A stretch of 64,000 bases of DNA from Burkholderiales bacterium (GTDB lineage Bacteria > Pseudomonadota > Gammaproteobacteria > Burkholderiales > JACQAP01). The notes under the pieces are model-generated. The model had not been told where the DNA came from and did no database searches. It saw nothing but the letters and a program-made list of their open reading frames with translations. The stretch lies in contig DASYUW010000050.1 in assembly GCA_036000845.1 (NCBI GenBank), positions 8,238 through 72,237 of the forward strand, read 5' to 3'. Position numbers and translations under genes: made by a program. Below, piece after piece: positions 52,716-60,868 of the stretch; positions within the stretch are counted from its first letter, which is position 1; every line of letters starts with the position of its first letter.

Positions 52716-53086
52716 GTATCGTTGTAGTGCGGCGTTGAAGCGCCTCTGGAGAGACTCAAGCGTGTTCCAGTTTCTGATTTAGAATTCGTAGCTTACGAGA
52801 GACATCGAGCGCCCGGAGACGGCACATCGCCATCCCCGCATGGCTTCCGGACCGGCCCCGGCACCCACTCGCGATGTCCCGTCTATATTGCATTATCGAG
52901 ACCGTACACGGTGCCGGGCAATAAATGTCCATACCAGGCTTAGGGAAAAAAGTCTCACGAGCATGTTGCCGGCAGCCGGAGACGGCGATCCGTGCCGCTC
53001 GCTGATACCCATATCCGTGTCCGCTCCGCAGGGACTGGTTGGAACCGGTACCCTGCCCGCACGCAGTTGCTCGCGATTGCCCCGGA

Positions 53087-53101
53087 TCATGATTATCATG
53101 A
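53087..53101. promoter_or_regulatory. 15-bp palindrome TCATGATTATCATGA upstream of tpx (Fur-family-box-like core ATGATAATCAT)
   Basis: Read directly. It lies about 110 bp upstream of the tpx ATG and matches the central 11 nt of the classical 19-bp Fur box, with partial flank matches. Confidence 0.35.
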
Positions 53102-53208
53102 GCGCGAAATCAGCGTTTCCGTCTGGGGCCGCGCGCTCCCGAGCACCAGAATCGCAGGGCTGCACCAAAGGTCAAGAGGAGCAAGAACAATTTTTGGAGG
53201 GAACTGCA

Positions 53209-53841
53209 ATGAAGAATGCATTTGTCGCATCGCTCACGCTGGCGGGCCTGTTGGGACTGGGCGCAGGCGTTGCGCTCGCTGCCGGCGAGGAAGTCCAGGG
53301 CATCAAGGTAAACAAGGAAAGCAGCGCGGCCGGCGACGGCAACAGCGTCCTGATGAAAGGCAGCCCGCTGCCGTTGCGCGGTCAGGCGGTCAAGGTGGGT
53401 GAACCGCTTCCTGCCGCGATCGTTACCGGCGCCAACCTTGGGCCGGTCAATATGGCCGATGGAAGCGGCAAGGTGCGCATAATCAGCGTCGTGCCTTCCG
53501 TCGATACGCCGACGTGCGAGGCACAGACCCACCTGCTCAGTGAGAAGGACCGCAAGCTAGCCGACCAGGTCGAAATGGTTACGGTGAGCATGGATCTGCC
53601 GTTCGCGCAACAGCGTTTTGCGAAAGAGGCAAAGATCAAGAACGTAACGTTCTACTCGGATTACAAGACCGGGGAATTCGGGATGAACAACGGCTTGCTG
53701 ATCGAACCGCTGCACCTGCTGGCGCGCGCCGTGATCGTCACCGACAAGAACAACGTGGTGCGCTACATCCAGGTCGTGCCGGAAGTCACCCAGCTTCCCG
53801 ACATGCCGGCGGCGATGAATTTCGCCAAGACGCTGCTGTAA
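53209..53841 (+). CDS. tpx: Thiol peroxidase (Tpx, atypical 2-Cys peroxiredoxin) with signal peptide
   Basis: Start MKNAFVASLTLAGLLGLGAGVALA follows GGAGGG. SVVPSVDTPTCEAQT contains the peroxidatic Cys context. The longer track ORF (52840) is rejected. Confidence 0.85.
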   Translation: MKNAFVASLTLAGLLGLGAGVALAAGEEVQGIKVNKESSAAGDGNSVLMKGSPLPLRGQAVKVGEPLPAAIVTGANLGPVNMADGSGKVRIISVVPSVDTPTCEAQTHLLSEKDRKLADQVEMVTVSMDLPFAQQRFAKEAKIKNVTFYSDYKTGEFGMNNGLLIEPLHLLARAVIVTDKNNVVRYIQVVPEVTQLPDMPAAMNFAKTLL

Positions 53842-53862
53842 CCGATCCGGTATTCGGAATGC

Positions 53863-53891
53863 AAAAGGCCCCGCCAAACGCGGGGCCTTTT
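53863..53891 (+). terminator. Intrinsic terminator of tpx
   Basis: AAAAGGCCCCGC-loop-GCGGGGCCTTTT. Confidence 0.8.
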
Positions 53892-53896
53892 GATTG

Positions 53897-54015
53897 TGGC
53901 GGAGGGTAAGTGTCAAGATGCTCGCGTAGCGAGCCTCTTTAGGCGCCCGCTAACCGGTCGTCGGCCGCGTTAAGCGCGCGCCCAGCGCGGCGAGGCGCCA
54001 TACGAACCCACGATC
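53897..54015 (-). pseudogene. Interrupted partial copy of the tRNA-Ser 3' half (T-arm-like piece 53998-54015, acceptor 3' end 53897-53910)
   Basis: TGGCGGAGGGTAAG is 13/14 identical to the real 3' end TGGCGGAGGGTGAG. The reverse complement of 53998-54015, GATCGTGGGTTCGTATGG, compares with the real ATCGGGGGTTCGAATCC. About 85 nt of GC-rich palindromic sequence lies between the two pieces. Confidence 0.55.
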
Positions 54016-54021
54016 ACACAG

Positions 54022-54111
54022 TGGCGGAGGGTGAGGGATTCGAACCCCCGATACCCTTGCGGGTACGCTGGTTTTCAAGACCAGTGCATTCAACCGCTCT
54101 GCCAACCCTCC
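54022..54111 (-). tRNA. tRNA-Ser (TGA)
   Basis: Reverse complement is GGAGGGTTGGCAGAGCGGTTGAATGCACTGGTCTTGAAAACCAGCGTACCCGCAAGGGTATCGGGGGTTCGAATCCCTCACCCTCCGCCA. It has a long variable arm and the anticodon loop CTTGAAA. Confidence 0.9.
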
Positions 54112-54186
54112 GCTGCAATAACTCTGCCGGTTTTAGCTCCGGCTAACCTGAAGGTTACCCTACCCTAGCGCAAGCTTTGCGTGCGC

Positions 54187-54222
54187 CAAGACCGGTGCAT
54201 TTAACCGCTCTGCCACCCTTCC
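54187..54222 (-). pseudogene. Partial copy of tRNA-Ser 5' half (acceptor to anticodon loop), unit 1
   Basis: 32/36 identical to 54076-54111. Similarity stops inside the anticodon loop. It is the first of two tandem units of about 106-111 bp. Confidence 0.7.
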
Positions 54223-54292
54223 GTATCACGCCTGATTTAGCTCCGACATAACCTGGAAGGTTAGTCTACGCAAGCGCCGGCTTTGCAGGCGC

Positions 54293-54328
54293 CAAGTCAG
54301 GTGCATTCAACCGCTCTGCCAACCCTCC
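54293..54328 (-). pseudogene. Partial copy of tRNA-Ser 5' half, unit 2
   Basis: 33/36 identical to 54076-54111. The flanking sequence (GGCGC..GCAAAGC...TAACCT..AGGTTA...GGAGCTAAA) is shared with unit 1. Confidence 0.7.
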
Positions 54329-54445
54329 GAAGGGCGCAAATGATACGCGCATGGCCCGCGCCCGCCAAATGAGGCGTTGAAACTTTGACCCCGGTTAAGT
54401 AGTCTTATGACCTGTAAATTCCATCCCTGAGGAGCCTGTAACCAT

Positions 54446-55132
54446 ATGCAACCAGAAATCCAGTACGGTGCGCAATCGACCCAGCTGACGCTTGTGCAGA
54501 ACAAGGTGTTGCGAAACACCTACATGCTGCTTGCACTGACCATGGTTCCAACGGTGATCGGAGCGCTGGTGGGCATGGCCACCGGCGGTATCATCATGCA
54601 ACACCCGATCATGATGTCGCTGGCAATGATCGCCGGTGTAATCGGCTTGCAATTTGCCATCGCCGCGAATCGCAACAGTGGCCTCGGCGTGGTTCTGCTG
54701 CTCGGGATGACGTTCATCCTCGGCTGGTGGCTCGGACCCCTGCTCAACGTCGCGCTGTCGTTCAGGAATGGCCCGCAACTGATCGGCATGGCCGCCGCAG
54801 GCACAGGCGGCATTCTGCTGGCGATGGGCGCGATTGCCACCACCACGAAGAAGGACTTCAGCTTCATGGGCAAATTCCTGTTCGTGGGCATGGTCGTTCT
54901 GCTGCTTGCCATGATCGCCAACATGTTCTTCCAGATTCCGGCGCTGGCCCTGACGCTTTCTGCGCTGGTAATCGTGGTGTTCTCGCTGTTCCTGTTGCAC
55001 GACGTCAGCCGCATCGTCAATGGTGGCGAGACCAACTACATCATGGCGGCAACAGGTGTGTACATGAGCCTGTTCAACATTTTCGCCAACCTGCTGCAAC
55101 TGCTCATGGCATTCTCCGGCGAACGCGACTGA
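54446..55132 (+). CDS. yccA: Bax-inhibitor-1/YccA-family membrane protein
   Basis: 228 aa with 7 TM helices. NKVLRNTYMLLALTM and GGETNYIMAATGVYMSLFNIFANLL are collinear with E. coli YccA. Confidence 0.85.
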   Translation: MQPEIQYGAQSTQLTLVQNKVLRNTYMLLALTMVPTVIGALVGMATGGIIMQHPIMMSLAMIAGVIGLQFAIAANRNSGLGVVLLLGMTFILGWWLGPLLNVALSFRNGPQLIGMAAAGTGGILLAMGAIATTTKKDFSFMGKFLFVGMVVLLLAMIANMFFQIPALALTLSALVIVVFSLFLLHDVSRIVNGGETNYIMAATGVYMSLFNIFANLLQLLMAFSGERD

Positions 55133-55146
55133 TTCTGCCGCGCCTC

Positions 55147-55179
55147 AAAAAAAGGGCAATCCTCGGGTTGCCCTTTTTC
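55147..55179. terminator. Bidirectional intrinsic terminator between yccA and rlmD
   Basis: AAAAAAAGGGCAA-TCCTCGG-GTTGCCCTTTTTC. Confidence 0.8.
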
Positions 55180-55194
55180 ATTCCGACTACCTCC

Positions 55195-56508
55195 TCAAAT
55201 CATCTCGAACAAGGCAACCGATTCCACGTGTGAGGTATGCGGGAACATGTTCACCACGCCCGTCGCGGACAGCCGATAGCCGTGTGAATGCACCAGCACC
55301 GCCGCGTCGCGCGCTAGCGTCGCCGGATTGCAGGATACGTAGACGATGCGCGCGGGCGGCGATCCACCAATCGCCTTCACCAGCTCGATGGCCCCGTCGC
55401 GAGGCGGATCGATCAGCACCCGATCAAAAGGCGCAAGCCCGCGCCAGTCGTCTCCAGTGATGGTAAACAGGTCGCACTCGACGAACCTGCACCGTGCTTC
55501 CAGCCCGTTGCGCACGGCGTTCTCGCGGGCGCGCTGCAGCAGTCCGGGATTGCCTTCGATGCCGGCAACCTGTGCGCCGCACCTGGCGATCGCCAGCGAG
55601 AAATTTCCCAGGCCGCAGAAAAAGTCGCCGATGTGATCTTCCGGCTGCGGGTCCAGCAGCGTGATCGCCCGCCGCACCAGCGCCCGGTTAATCTCGTGAT
55701 TCACCTGGGTGAAATCGGTGGGATTGAACGGAAAAGTGAGATCGAAATCGGGAATCCGGTACTGCAGCGGCGGCGCATCCAGCGGAAAGAAGGGATAGAT
55801 TGAATCCGGACCCTTCGGCTGCAGGAAAAGCTGCACCCGATGCTGGACCGCGAACTGCCTGAGCTTGTCCTGATCGGAGGCGTCAGGCGGCTCCAGGACG
55901 CGCAGCACCAGAACATCAACCGCATCGCCGATGGCCAGTTCCACCTGCGGCAGACGCTCGCGGATGGACAGCGAGGCGATCAACTGCCGCAGCGGTACCA
56001 GCAATGCGGAAATGCGAGCCGGCACGACCTCGCAAGTCCGCATGTCGGCCACGAAGCTGCTGTGACGTTCGCGAAAGCCGACCAGCGTGCCTTTCTTTGC
56101 GACGTAGCGCGCCGAGAAGCGCGCGCGGTAGCGGTACTCCCAGGTCGGACCATGAATCGGGGAAAGCATGGTCCCAGCTGCTATTTTGCCGATGCGGGCC
56201 AGATTTTCCTCGAGGACGCGCTGCTTCGCGGCCACCTGCGCACGCGGCTCCAGGTGCTGCATGCTGCAGCCGCCACAGACGCCGAAATGGCGGCAACGCG
56301 GCACGACGCGCGAGGCCGAAGCGCGTACGATTTTTTTTGCCTCGGCGAACTCGTAATTTTGTTTGCGCAGAAAGGATGCGAACTCGACCACTTCGCCGGG
56401 AAGCGCGCCTTCGATGAAAATCACCTTGCCGTCCGCATGCGCAACACCCCGACCTTCCTGGTCGAGTGACTCAACCAGCACCGCAGGCCCGACCGATTCG
56501 CATTTCAT
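55195..56508 (-). CDS. rlmD: 23S rRNA (uracil1939-C5)-methyltransferase RlmD (RumA)
   Basis: 437 aa. TRAM N-domain, the 4Fe-4S ligands CRHFGVCGGC, the SAM motif DFFCGLGNFS and a catalytic Cys in YVSCNPAT. Confidence 0.9.
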   Translation of the reverse strand: MKCESVGPAVLVESLDQEGRGVAHADGKVIFIEGALPGEVVEFASFLRKQNYEFAEAKKIVRASASRVVPRCRHFGVCGGCSMQHLEPRAQVAAKQRVLEENLARIGKIAAGTMLSPIHGPTWEYRYRARFSARYVAKKGTLVGFRERHSSFVADMRTCEVVPARISALLVPLRQLIASLSIRERLPQVELAIGDAVDVLVLRVLEPPDASDQDKLRQFAVQHRVQLFLQPKGPDSIYPFFPLDAPPLQYRIPDFDLTFPFNPTDFTQVNHEINRALVRRAITLLDPQPEDHIGDFFCGLGNFSLAIARCGAQVAGIEGNPGLLQRARENAVRNGLEARCRFVECDLFTITGDDWRGLAPFDRVLIDPPRDGAIELVKAIGGSPPARIVYVSCNPATLARDAAVLVHSHGYRLSATGVVNMFPHTSHVESVALFEMI

Positions 56509-56509
56509 A

Positions 56510-56676
56510 TTAGTGTCCAGTCCCGCTGATCATCGATCGGAAAACCCGCGAAATCGGTGTCAGGCAAGGCGCGAGTCCTCGCCGTGCGTGTCGGAGCGCG
56601 GAAGAGGACTCGTAACACAGCATGGCGCCGATTCTCGTCGGGTTTTCAGCCACGAATTAGCGGAACAGGACACTAG
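56510..56676. mobile_element. MITE copy 2 (167 bp), same family as 21822..22046
   Basis: Ends are TTAGTGTCCAGTCCCGCTGA ... TTAGCGGAACAGGACACTAG. The internal imperfect palindrome gaaaacccgcgaaatcgg...ccgattctcgtcgggttttc is shared with copy 1. It fills the whole gap between the rlmD start and the exonuclease stop. Confidence 0.8.
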
Positions 56677-57449
56677 GCCTGCCAGCCGTCCAGAAATTCA
56701 CGCCAGTACGCTTCCGTGGACTTGGACAGTGTCGAGCGCACCAGATCGCATTCGCGCCGGTACTGTGCCTCGTCGAGCGCACCACGGACCAACTGGAAAC
56801 GCTGATAAACGAGGTAAGTATTGGCGACGTCGGTCTCACAGTAATGCCTGATCGCTTCGATTCTGCCTGCCTGGTAGGCGTCCCAGACTTTCGAGCCGTC
56901 CATGCCGAGTTTTCCCGGAAGCCCGAGCAGTTGCGCGATCTGGTCGAGCGGCGCATTGCCACGGCCTTGGTACATCGCCAGCACATCCATCAGGTCGAGA
57001 TGACGGCTGTGGTAACGGCTGATGTAATTGTTCCACTTGAAGTCGCGGTCATCCTCGCCCATGTCCCAGTAGCGCACGGCACGCACGCCGTGGATCAGCG
57101 CGCGGTAATTGAGCACCGGCAGATCGAAGCCGCTACCGTTCCAGGAAACTAGCTGAGGGGTGTACTTCTCGATGCCATCGAAGAAGCGCCGGACCAGTTC
57201 CTGTTCGGGTTCATCCGCCTCGCCCAGAGACCACACGCGAAAGCTGTCGCGATCTCGCAGCGCGCAGGAGATTGCCACAACGCGATGCAGGTGTAGCGGC
57301 AGGAAATCGCTGCCGGTGGCCTCGCGCCGGCGATCAAACGTCGCTTGCGCCACTTCGGCATCGCTGGTGTGCGGTCCATGGCCGTACAGGCGCCGCAGCC
57401 CTTCGATGTCGGGGATGGTTTCGATGTCAAATACCAGAACAGGAGTCAT
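56673..57449 (-). CDS. DnaQ-fold 3'-5' exonuclease (PolB-exonuclease-domain-like)
   Basis: 258 aa. VLVFDIETIPD (ExoI), SWNGSGFDLPVL (ExoII) and HYCETDV (ExoIII-like). The stop codon TAG lies inside the terminal CTAG of the MITE. Confidence 0.75.
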   Translation of the reverse strand: MTPVLVFDIETIPDIEGLRRLYGHGPHTSDAEVAQATFDRRREATGSDFLPLHLHRVVAISCALRDRDSFRVWSLGEADEPEQELVRRFFDGIEKYTPQLVSWNGSGFDLPVLNYRALIHGVRAVRYWDMGEDDRDFKWNNYISRYHSRHLDLMDVLAMYQGRGNAPLDQIAQLLGLPGKLGMDGSKVWDAYQAGRIEAIRHYCETDVANTYLVYQRFQLVRGALDEAQYRRECDLVRSTLSKSTEAYWREFLDGWQA

Positions 57450-57739
57450 GCCAGCCGGAGGCGATTGTCAAGCCGTGTAAGCGCGTCGGGAGGACATCAC
57501 CCGGTCCCTGCGCGCGGTAGAAACGCGTCAGGATATCGGAAAGCACGCCAGTCACTCCACATGCCGTCTTCGCATCGCGCGCGCGGATTCCCTCTCAATC
57601 TGCGGCGTGGCCCGCCGCTCATGCGGCGCAACAATGCACTGCGAGACCGGACGAGGGTATGCCGATTTCCGCGTTCATCTTCGTCGACTATTTCGCCCAC
57701 TGGCTTGGAATCGGTCGCGCGCTCTTGGCGGCCAAAGTA

Positions 57740-58651
57740 CTACTCGGCGGGGAACACCCCGGTGGAGAGATAGCGGTCGCCACGGTCGCAAACGATGGTA
57801 ACGATGGTGGCGTTCTCCACTTCCCGAGACAGCTGCAGCGCCGCCCACAACGCACCGCCGGAAGAAATGCCGGCGAAAATGCCTTCTTCCTTTGCCAACC
57901 GGCGCGCCATCTCCTCGGAGTCGGCCTGGCTGACATCGATAACCCGGTCCACACGTTTACGGTCGTATATTTTCGGGAGGTAGGCCTCCGGCCATTTGCG
58001 GATGCCGGGAATCTGTGAACCTTCGGTCGGCTGACAGCCGACGATCTGGATCCCTGGATTCTTTTCCTTGAAGAAGCGCGAGCAGCCCATGATCGTGCCG
58101 GTGGTGCCCATGCTGCTGACGAAGTGGGTGATCTGGCCGCGGGTGTCGCGCCAGATTTCCGCGCCGGTGCCTTCGTAATGCGACAGCGGATTGTCGGGGT
58201 TGGAGAACTGGTCCAGGATCAAACCTTCGCCGCGCGCCTGCATCTGCTCCGCTTTGTCACGTGCCGTTTCCATCCCGCCTTCCTTCGGCGTCAGCACGAA
58301 CTTTGCGCCGAACGCCGCCATGGTCTGCCGACGCTCCACCGACAGATGCTCTGGCATCACCAGCACCATGCGGTAGCCGCGCATCGCCGCCACCATCGCC
58401 AAGGCAATGCCGGTGTTGCCGCTGGTCGGTTCGATCAGCGTGTCGCCGGGTTTGATCTGCCCGCGTTCCTCCGCGCGCCGGATCATGTACAGCGCAGGAC
58501 GGTCCTTCACCGATCCCGCAGGGTTGTTGCCCTCGAGTTTGGCGAGGACGACGTTGCTGGTCTTGCCTGGGATGCGCTTCAGGCGCACCAGAGGCGTATT
58601 GCCCACGAAGTCGTCGAGGGTTTGATAGGCACTGACGGGATTGCGATCCAT
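57740..58651 (-). CDS. cysM: Cysteine synthase B (O-acetylserine sulfhydrylase B)
   Basis: Start MDRNPVSAYQTLDDFVGNTPLVRL. KLEGNNPAGSVKDRPA contains the PLP Lys. The length and the end are CysM-like rather than CysK-like. Confidence 0.85.
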   Translation of the reverse strand: MDRNPVSAYQTLDDFVGNTPLVRLKRIPGKTSNVVLAKLEGNNPAGSVKDRPALYMIRRAEERGQIKPGDTLIEPTSGNTGIALAMVAAMRGYRMVLVMPEHLSVERRQTMAAFGAKFVLTPKEGGMETARDKAEQMQARGEGLILDQFSNPDNPLSHYEGTGAEIWRDTRGQITHFVSSMGTTGTIMGCSRFFKEKNPGIQIVGCQPTEGSQIPGIRKWPEAYLPKIYDRKRVDRVIDVSQADSEEMARRLAKEEGIFAGISSGGALWAALQLSREVENATIVTIVCDRGDRYLSTGVFPAE

Positions 58652-58714
58652 GGAAATATGATACTCGCGCGGCCTTGGGAGCGGAGAACTCACTGAACGC
58701 GGCTGACGAAATTA

Positions 58715-59713
58715 CTAGCGCACGGCGTCGAGCAGCCACTCGACGTAGCGCGTGACGCCGGTTTCGACGTCGAAGAGCGGTGCGGCGTATCCGGAGGCGC
58801 GCAGCTTGCCGAGATCGGCCTCGGTATAGTTTTGGTACTTTTCCCTGAGGCCGGCGGGAAACGATACGTACTCGATCATTCCCTGCGACCTGAGTTCCGC
58901 AAGACTGAGCGGGTTCTTGTCTTCGGAACGCCGCAACGCGTTGATGGTTGCAACCGCAATGTCGTTGAAGGTCTGCGAAGCGCCGGTGCCGCAGTTGAAA
59001 ATGCCCGTCTTCTTGGGATTATCGAGGAAATACAGATTCACCTTCACGACGTCCTCGACCGAGATGAAGTCGCGCCGCTGCTCGCCTGCGGCGTAGCCGC
59101 CGCTGCCATCGAACAGCTTCACCTTTCCGGTTTCCCGGAACTGGTTGAAGCAATGGAAAGCAACGGAAGCCATTCGCTCCTTGTGCGCTTCACGAGGGCC
59201 ATAAACGTTGAAGTAACGCAGCCCCACCACCTGCGCCGTGTTGTCCTCCCAGCGCCGGCGCACCAACTGGTCGAACAGAAACTTCGAGTAACCGTAGACA
59301 TTCAGCGGCTTCTCGTTCTCTCTGCCCTCCTTGAAAACCGGTCCGGATCCGTATACCGACGCCGAGGATGCATAGATCAGCGGCACCGCCTCCGCCTGAG
59401 CGTACGCCAGCAAGTCCACCGAGTAACGGTAGTTGTTCTCCATCATGTAGCGCCCATCGGTCTGCATCGTGTCCGAGCAGGCGCCCTGGTGAAGGATGGC
59501 CGCGATTTCGCCGTCGAAGGAGCCCGCATCGAGCAACGCGCGGAAGTGCTCCTTGTCCAGGTAATCGGCGATCTCGCAATCCACCAGGTTGCGGAACTTC
59601 TCGGCGCGCGTGAGATTATCCACCGCAAAAATGCCGGTCTCGCCGCGCGCGTTCAGGGCCTTGACGATATTGGAGCCGATAAATCCTGCCGCGCCAGTGA
59701 CAACGATGTACAT
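58715..59713 (-). CDS. hldD: ADP-L-glycero-D-manno-heptose 6-epimerase
   Basis: 332 aa. [21 protein letters not shown], the YGYSK catalytic motif, collinear with RfaD/HldD. Confidence 0.9.
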   Translation of the reverse strand: MYIVVTGAAGFIGSNIVKALNARGETGIFAVDNLTRAEKFRNLVDCEIADYLDKEHFRALLDAGSFDGEIAAILHQGACSDTMQTDGRYMMENNYRYSVDLLAYAQAEAVPLIYASSASVYGSGPVFKEGRENEKPLNVYGYSKFLFDQLVRRRWEDNTAQVVGLRYFNVYGPREAHKERMASVAFHCFNQFRETGKVKLFDGSGGYAAGEQRRDFISVEDVVKVNLYFLDNPKKTGIFNCGTGASQTFNDIAVATINALRRSEDKNPLSLAELRSQGMIEYVSFPAGLREKYQNYTEADLGKLRASGYAAPLFDVETGVTRYVEWLLDAVR

Positions 59714-59804
59714 GCGAACGATCCAGAAATGCTAGTGACGAGGGATAAAAAATGACGATTGAACGACGGACATCGTGAATCGAACGACGCCCGCGGCGTA
59801 TCCG

Positions 59805-59846
59805 CACTTCATGCTTCCGCCTTCAGCCTTCATCCTTGACCTTCGA
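59805..59846. repeat. Solo CCTTCA-type heptamer array overlapping the hldA stop
   Basis: CACTTCA TGCTTCC GCCTTCA GCCTTCA TCCTTGA CCTTCGA. There is no complementary AAGGATG arm nearby. Confidence 0.65.
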
Positions 59847-60792
59847 ACAATTCTTCGGGGTGAACCACGGCGGTGCCGAGCTTGCCCACGACGATTCCGG
59901 CCGCCTTGTTGGCGAACTGCACTGCCTCGGCGAAGCCGGCGCCGGCCGCAAGCATCACGCCGAGTACGGCAATGACGGTGTCTCCGGCGCCGCTGACATC
60001 GTATACTTCGCGCGCCACGGCGGGCACGTGCAGCCGCTGCTGGTCGCCATACAGCGTCATGCCCTCCTCGCTGCGTGTGATCAACAGAGCATCCAGCCCC
60101 AGTTCACGGCGCATCTTCTGCGCTCTTTCGGCGAGATCGTCCTCGCTTTTCCAGCGTCCCGCCACTTCGCGGAACTCTGCGCGGTTGGGTGTGACCAGCG
60201 TCGCGCCGCGATAGCGGCTGTAATCGTCTCCCTTCGGATCGACCAGCACCGGCTTTCCCGAGGCACGCGCCAGCTCGATCATCTTCTCGATGTGCCTGAG
60301 CCCGCCCTTGCCGTAGTCGGACAGGATCACCACGTCCGCTTTCGGCAGTCGCGACTCGAAGTCGGCGAGTTTGGACATCAGCACTTCATGCCCCGGCTCG
60401 GTTTCGAAATCGATGCGCAGCAACTGCTGCTGGCGGCCGATCACGCGCAACTTGATGGTGGTGGCGAGCCCGGGATCGCGATGCATCTGAGCGGTGATAC
60501 CATCGGCCTCGAGCAGGCGCTGGAGGCAATCGCCGGCTTCGTCCTGCCCGACCACTGACAGCAGCGCAGCCTGCGCACCGACAGCGACGATGTTGCGCGC
60601 AACGTTGGCCGCGCCGCCGAGGCGCTCCTCGGTGCGCCCCACCTTCACCACCGGCACCGGCGCCTCCGGCGAGATCCTGCTCACCTCGCCGAACCAGTAG
60701 CGGTCGAGCATCACGTCCCCGACCACCAGTACCTGCGCGGAACGTAAGGATGAAGGGTGAAGGATGAAGGATGAAGGAGGGTCCGAAGCCAT
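59830..60792 (-). CDS. hldA: D-glycero-beta-D-manno-heptose-7-phosphate kinase (stand-alone HldA, RfaE domain I)
   Basis: VLVVGDVMLDRYWFGEVSRISPEAPVPVV and a PfkB-family C-terminus (DVSGAGDTVIA). There is no adenylyltransferase domain. The first ~16 codons (MASDPPSSFILHPSSL) are encoded by the heptamer array, so the true start is uncertain (GTG 60726 is possible). Confidence 0.85.
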   Translation of the reverse strand: MASDPPSSFILHPSSLRSAQVLVVGDVMLDRYWFGEVSRISPEAPVPVVKVGRTEERLGGAANVARNIVAVGAQAALLSVVGQDEAGDCLQRLLEADGITAQMHRDPGLATTIKLRVIGRQQQLLRIDFETEPGHEVLMSKLADFESRLPKADVVILSDYGKGGLRHIEKMIELARASGKPVLVDPKGDDYSRYRGATLVTPNRAEFREVAGRWKSEDDLAERAQKMRRELGLDALLITRSEEGMTLYGDQQRLHVPAVAREVYDVSGAGDTVIAVLGVMLAAGAGFAEAVQFANKAAGIVVGKLGTAVVHPEELFEGQG

Positions 60793-60868
60793 TGAACTTA
60801 CTTCATCCTTCCGCCTTCATCCTTGCCCTTATCCCTTCCGCCTTCATCCTTGGCCTTCATGGCCTTCC
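60746..60868. repeat. Heptamer-array hairpin, AAGGATG family (copy 2, largest)
   Basis: Left: AAGGATG AAGGGTG AAGGATG AAGGATG AAGGAGG. The loop is gtccgaagccattgaac. Right: about 10 heptamers of the CCTTCNN type (TACTTCA TCCTTCC GCCTTCA TCCTTGC ...) running into the ugd stop codon. Confidence 0.8.

Noticed and set aside
52840-53208. Upstream 123 codons of the tpx ORF (track 52840..53841)
   Set aside because: Tpx homology, a canonical signal peptide and a GGAGGG RBS all begin at ATG 53209. The upstream part is unstructured and Arg/Pro-rich.
57450-57739. 290-bp gap between the exonuclease gene and cysM, including ORF 57497..57700 (-) and the hydrophobic start of 57659..58018 (+), as a possible small gene or ncRNA
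   Set aside because: I could see no RBS, no recognisable motif, and no convincing conserved-looking hairpin or riboswitch signature. The plus ORF runs antisense into cysM. It is left unannotated.
31264-60868. Heptamer arrays as CRISPR arrays or as coding low-complexity proteins
   Set aside because: The units are 7 nt with no spacers, the arrays are short (4-10 units) and they are arranged as inverted arms. No cas genes are present. The SSFILHPSS-type translations are by-products of the repeat.
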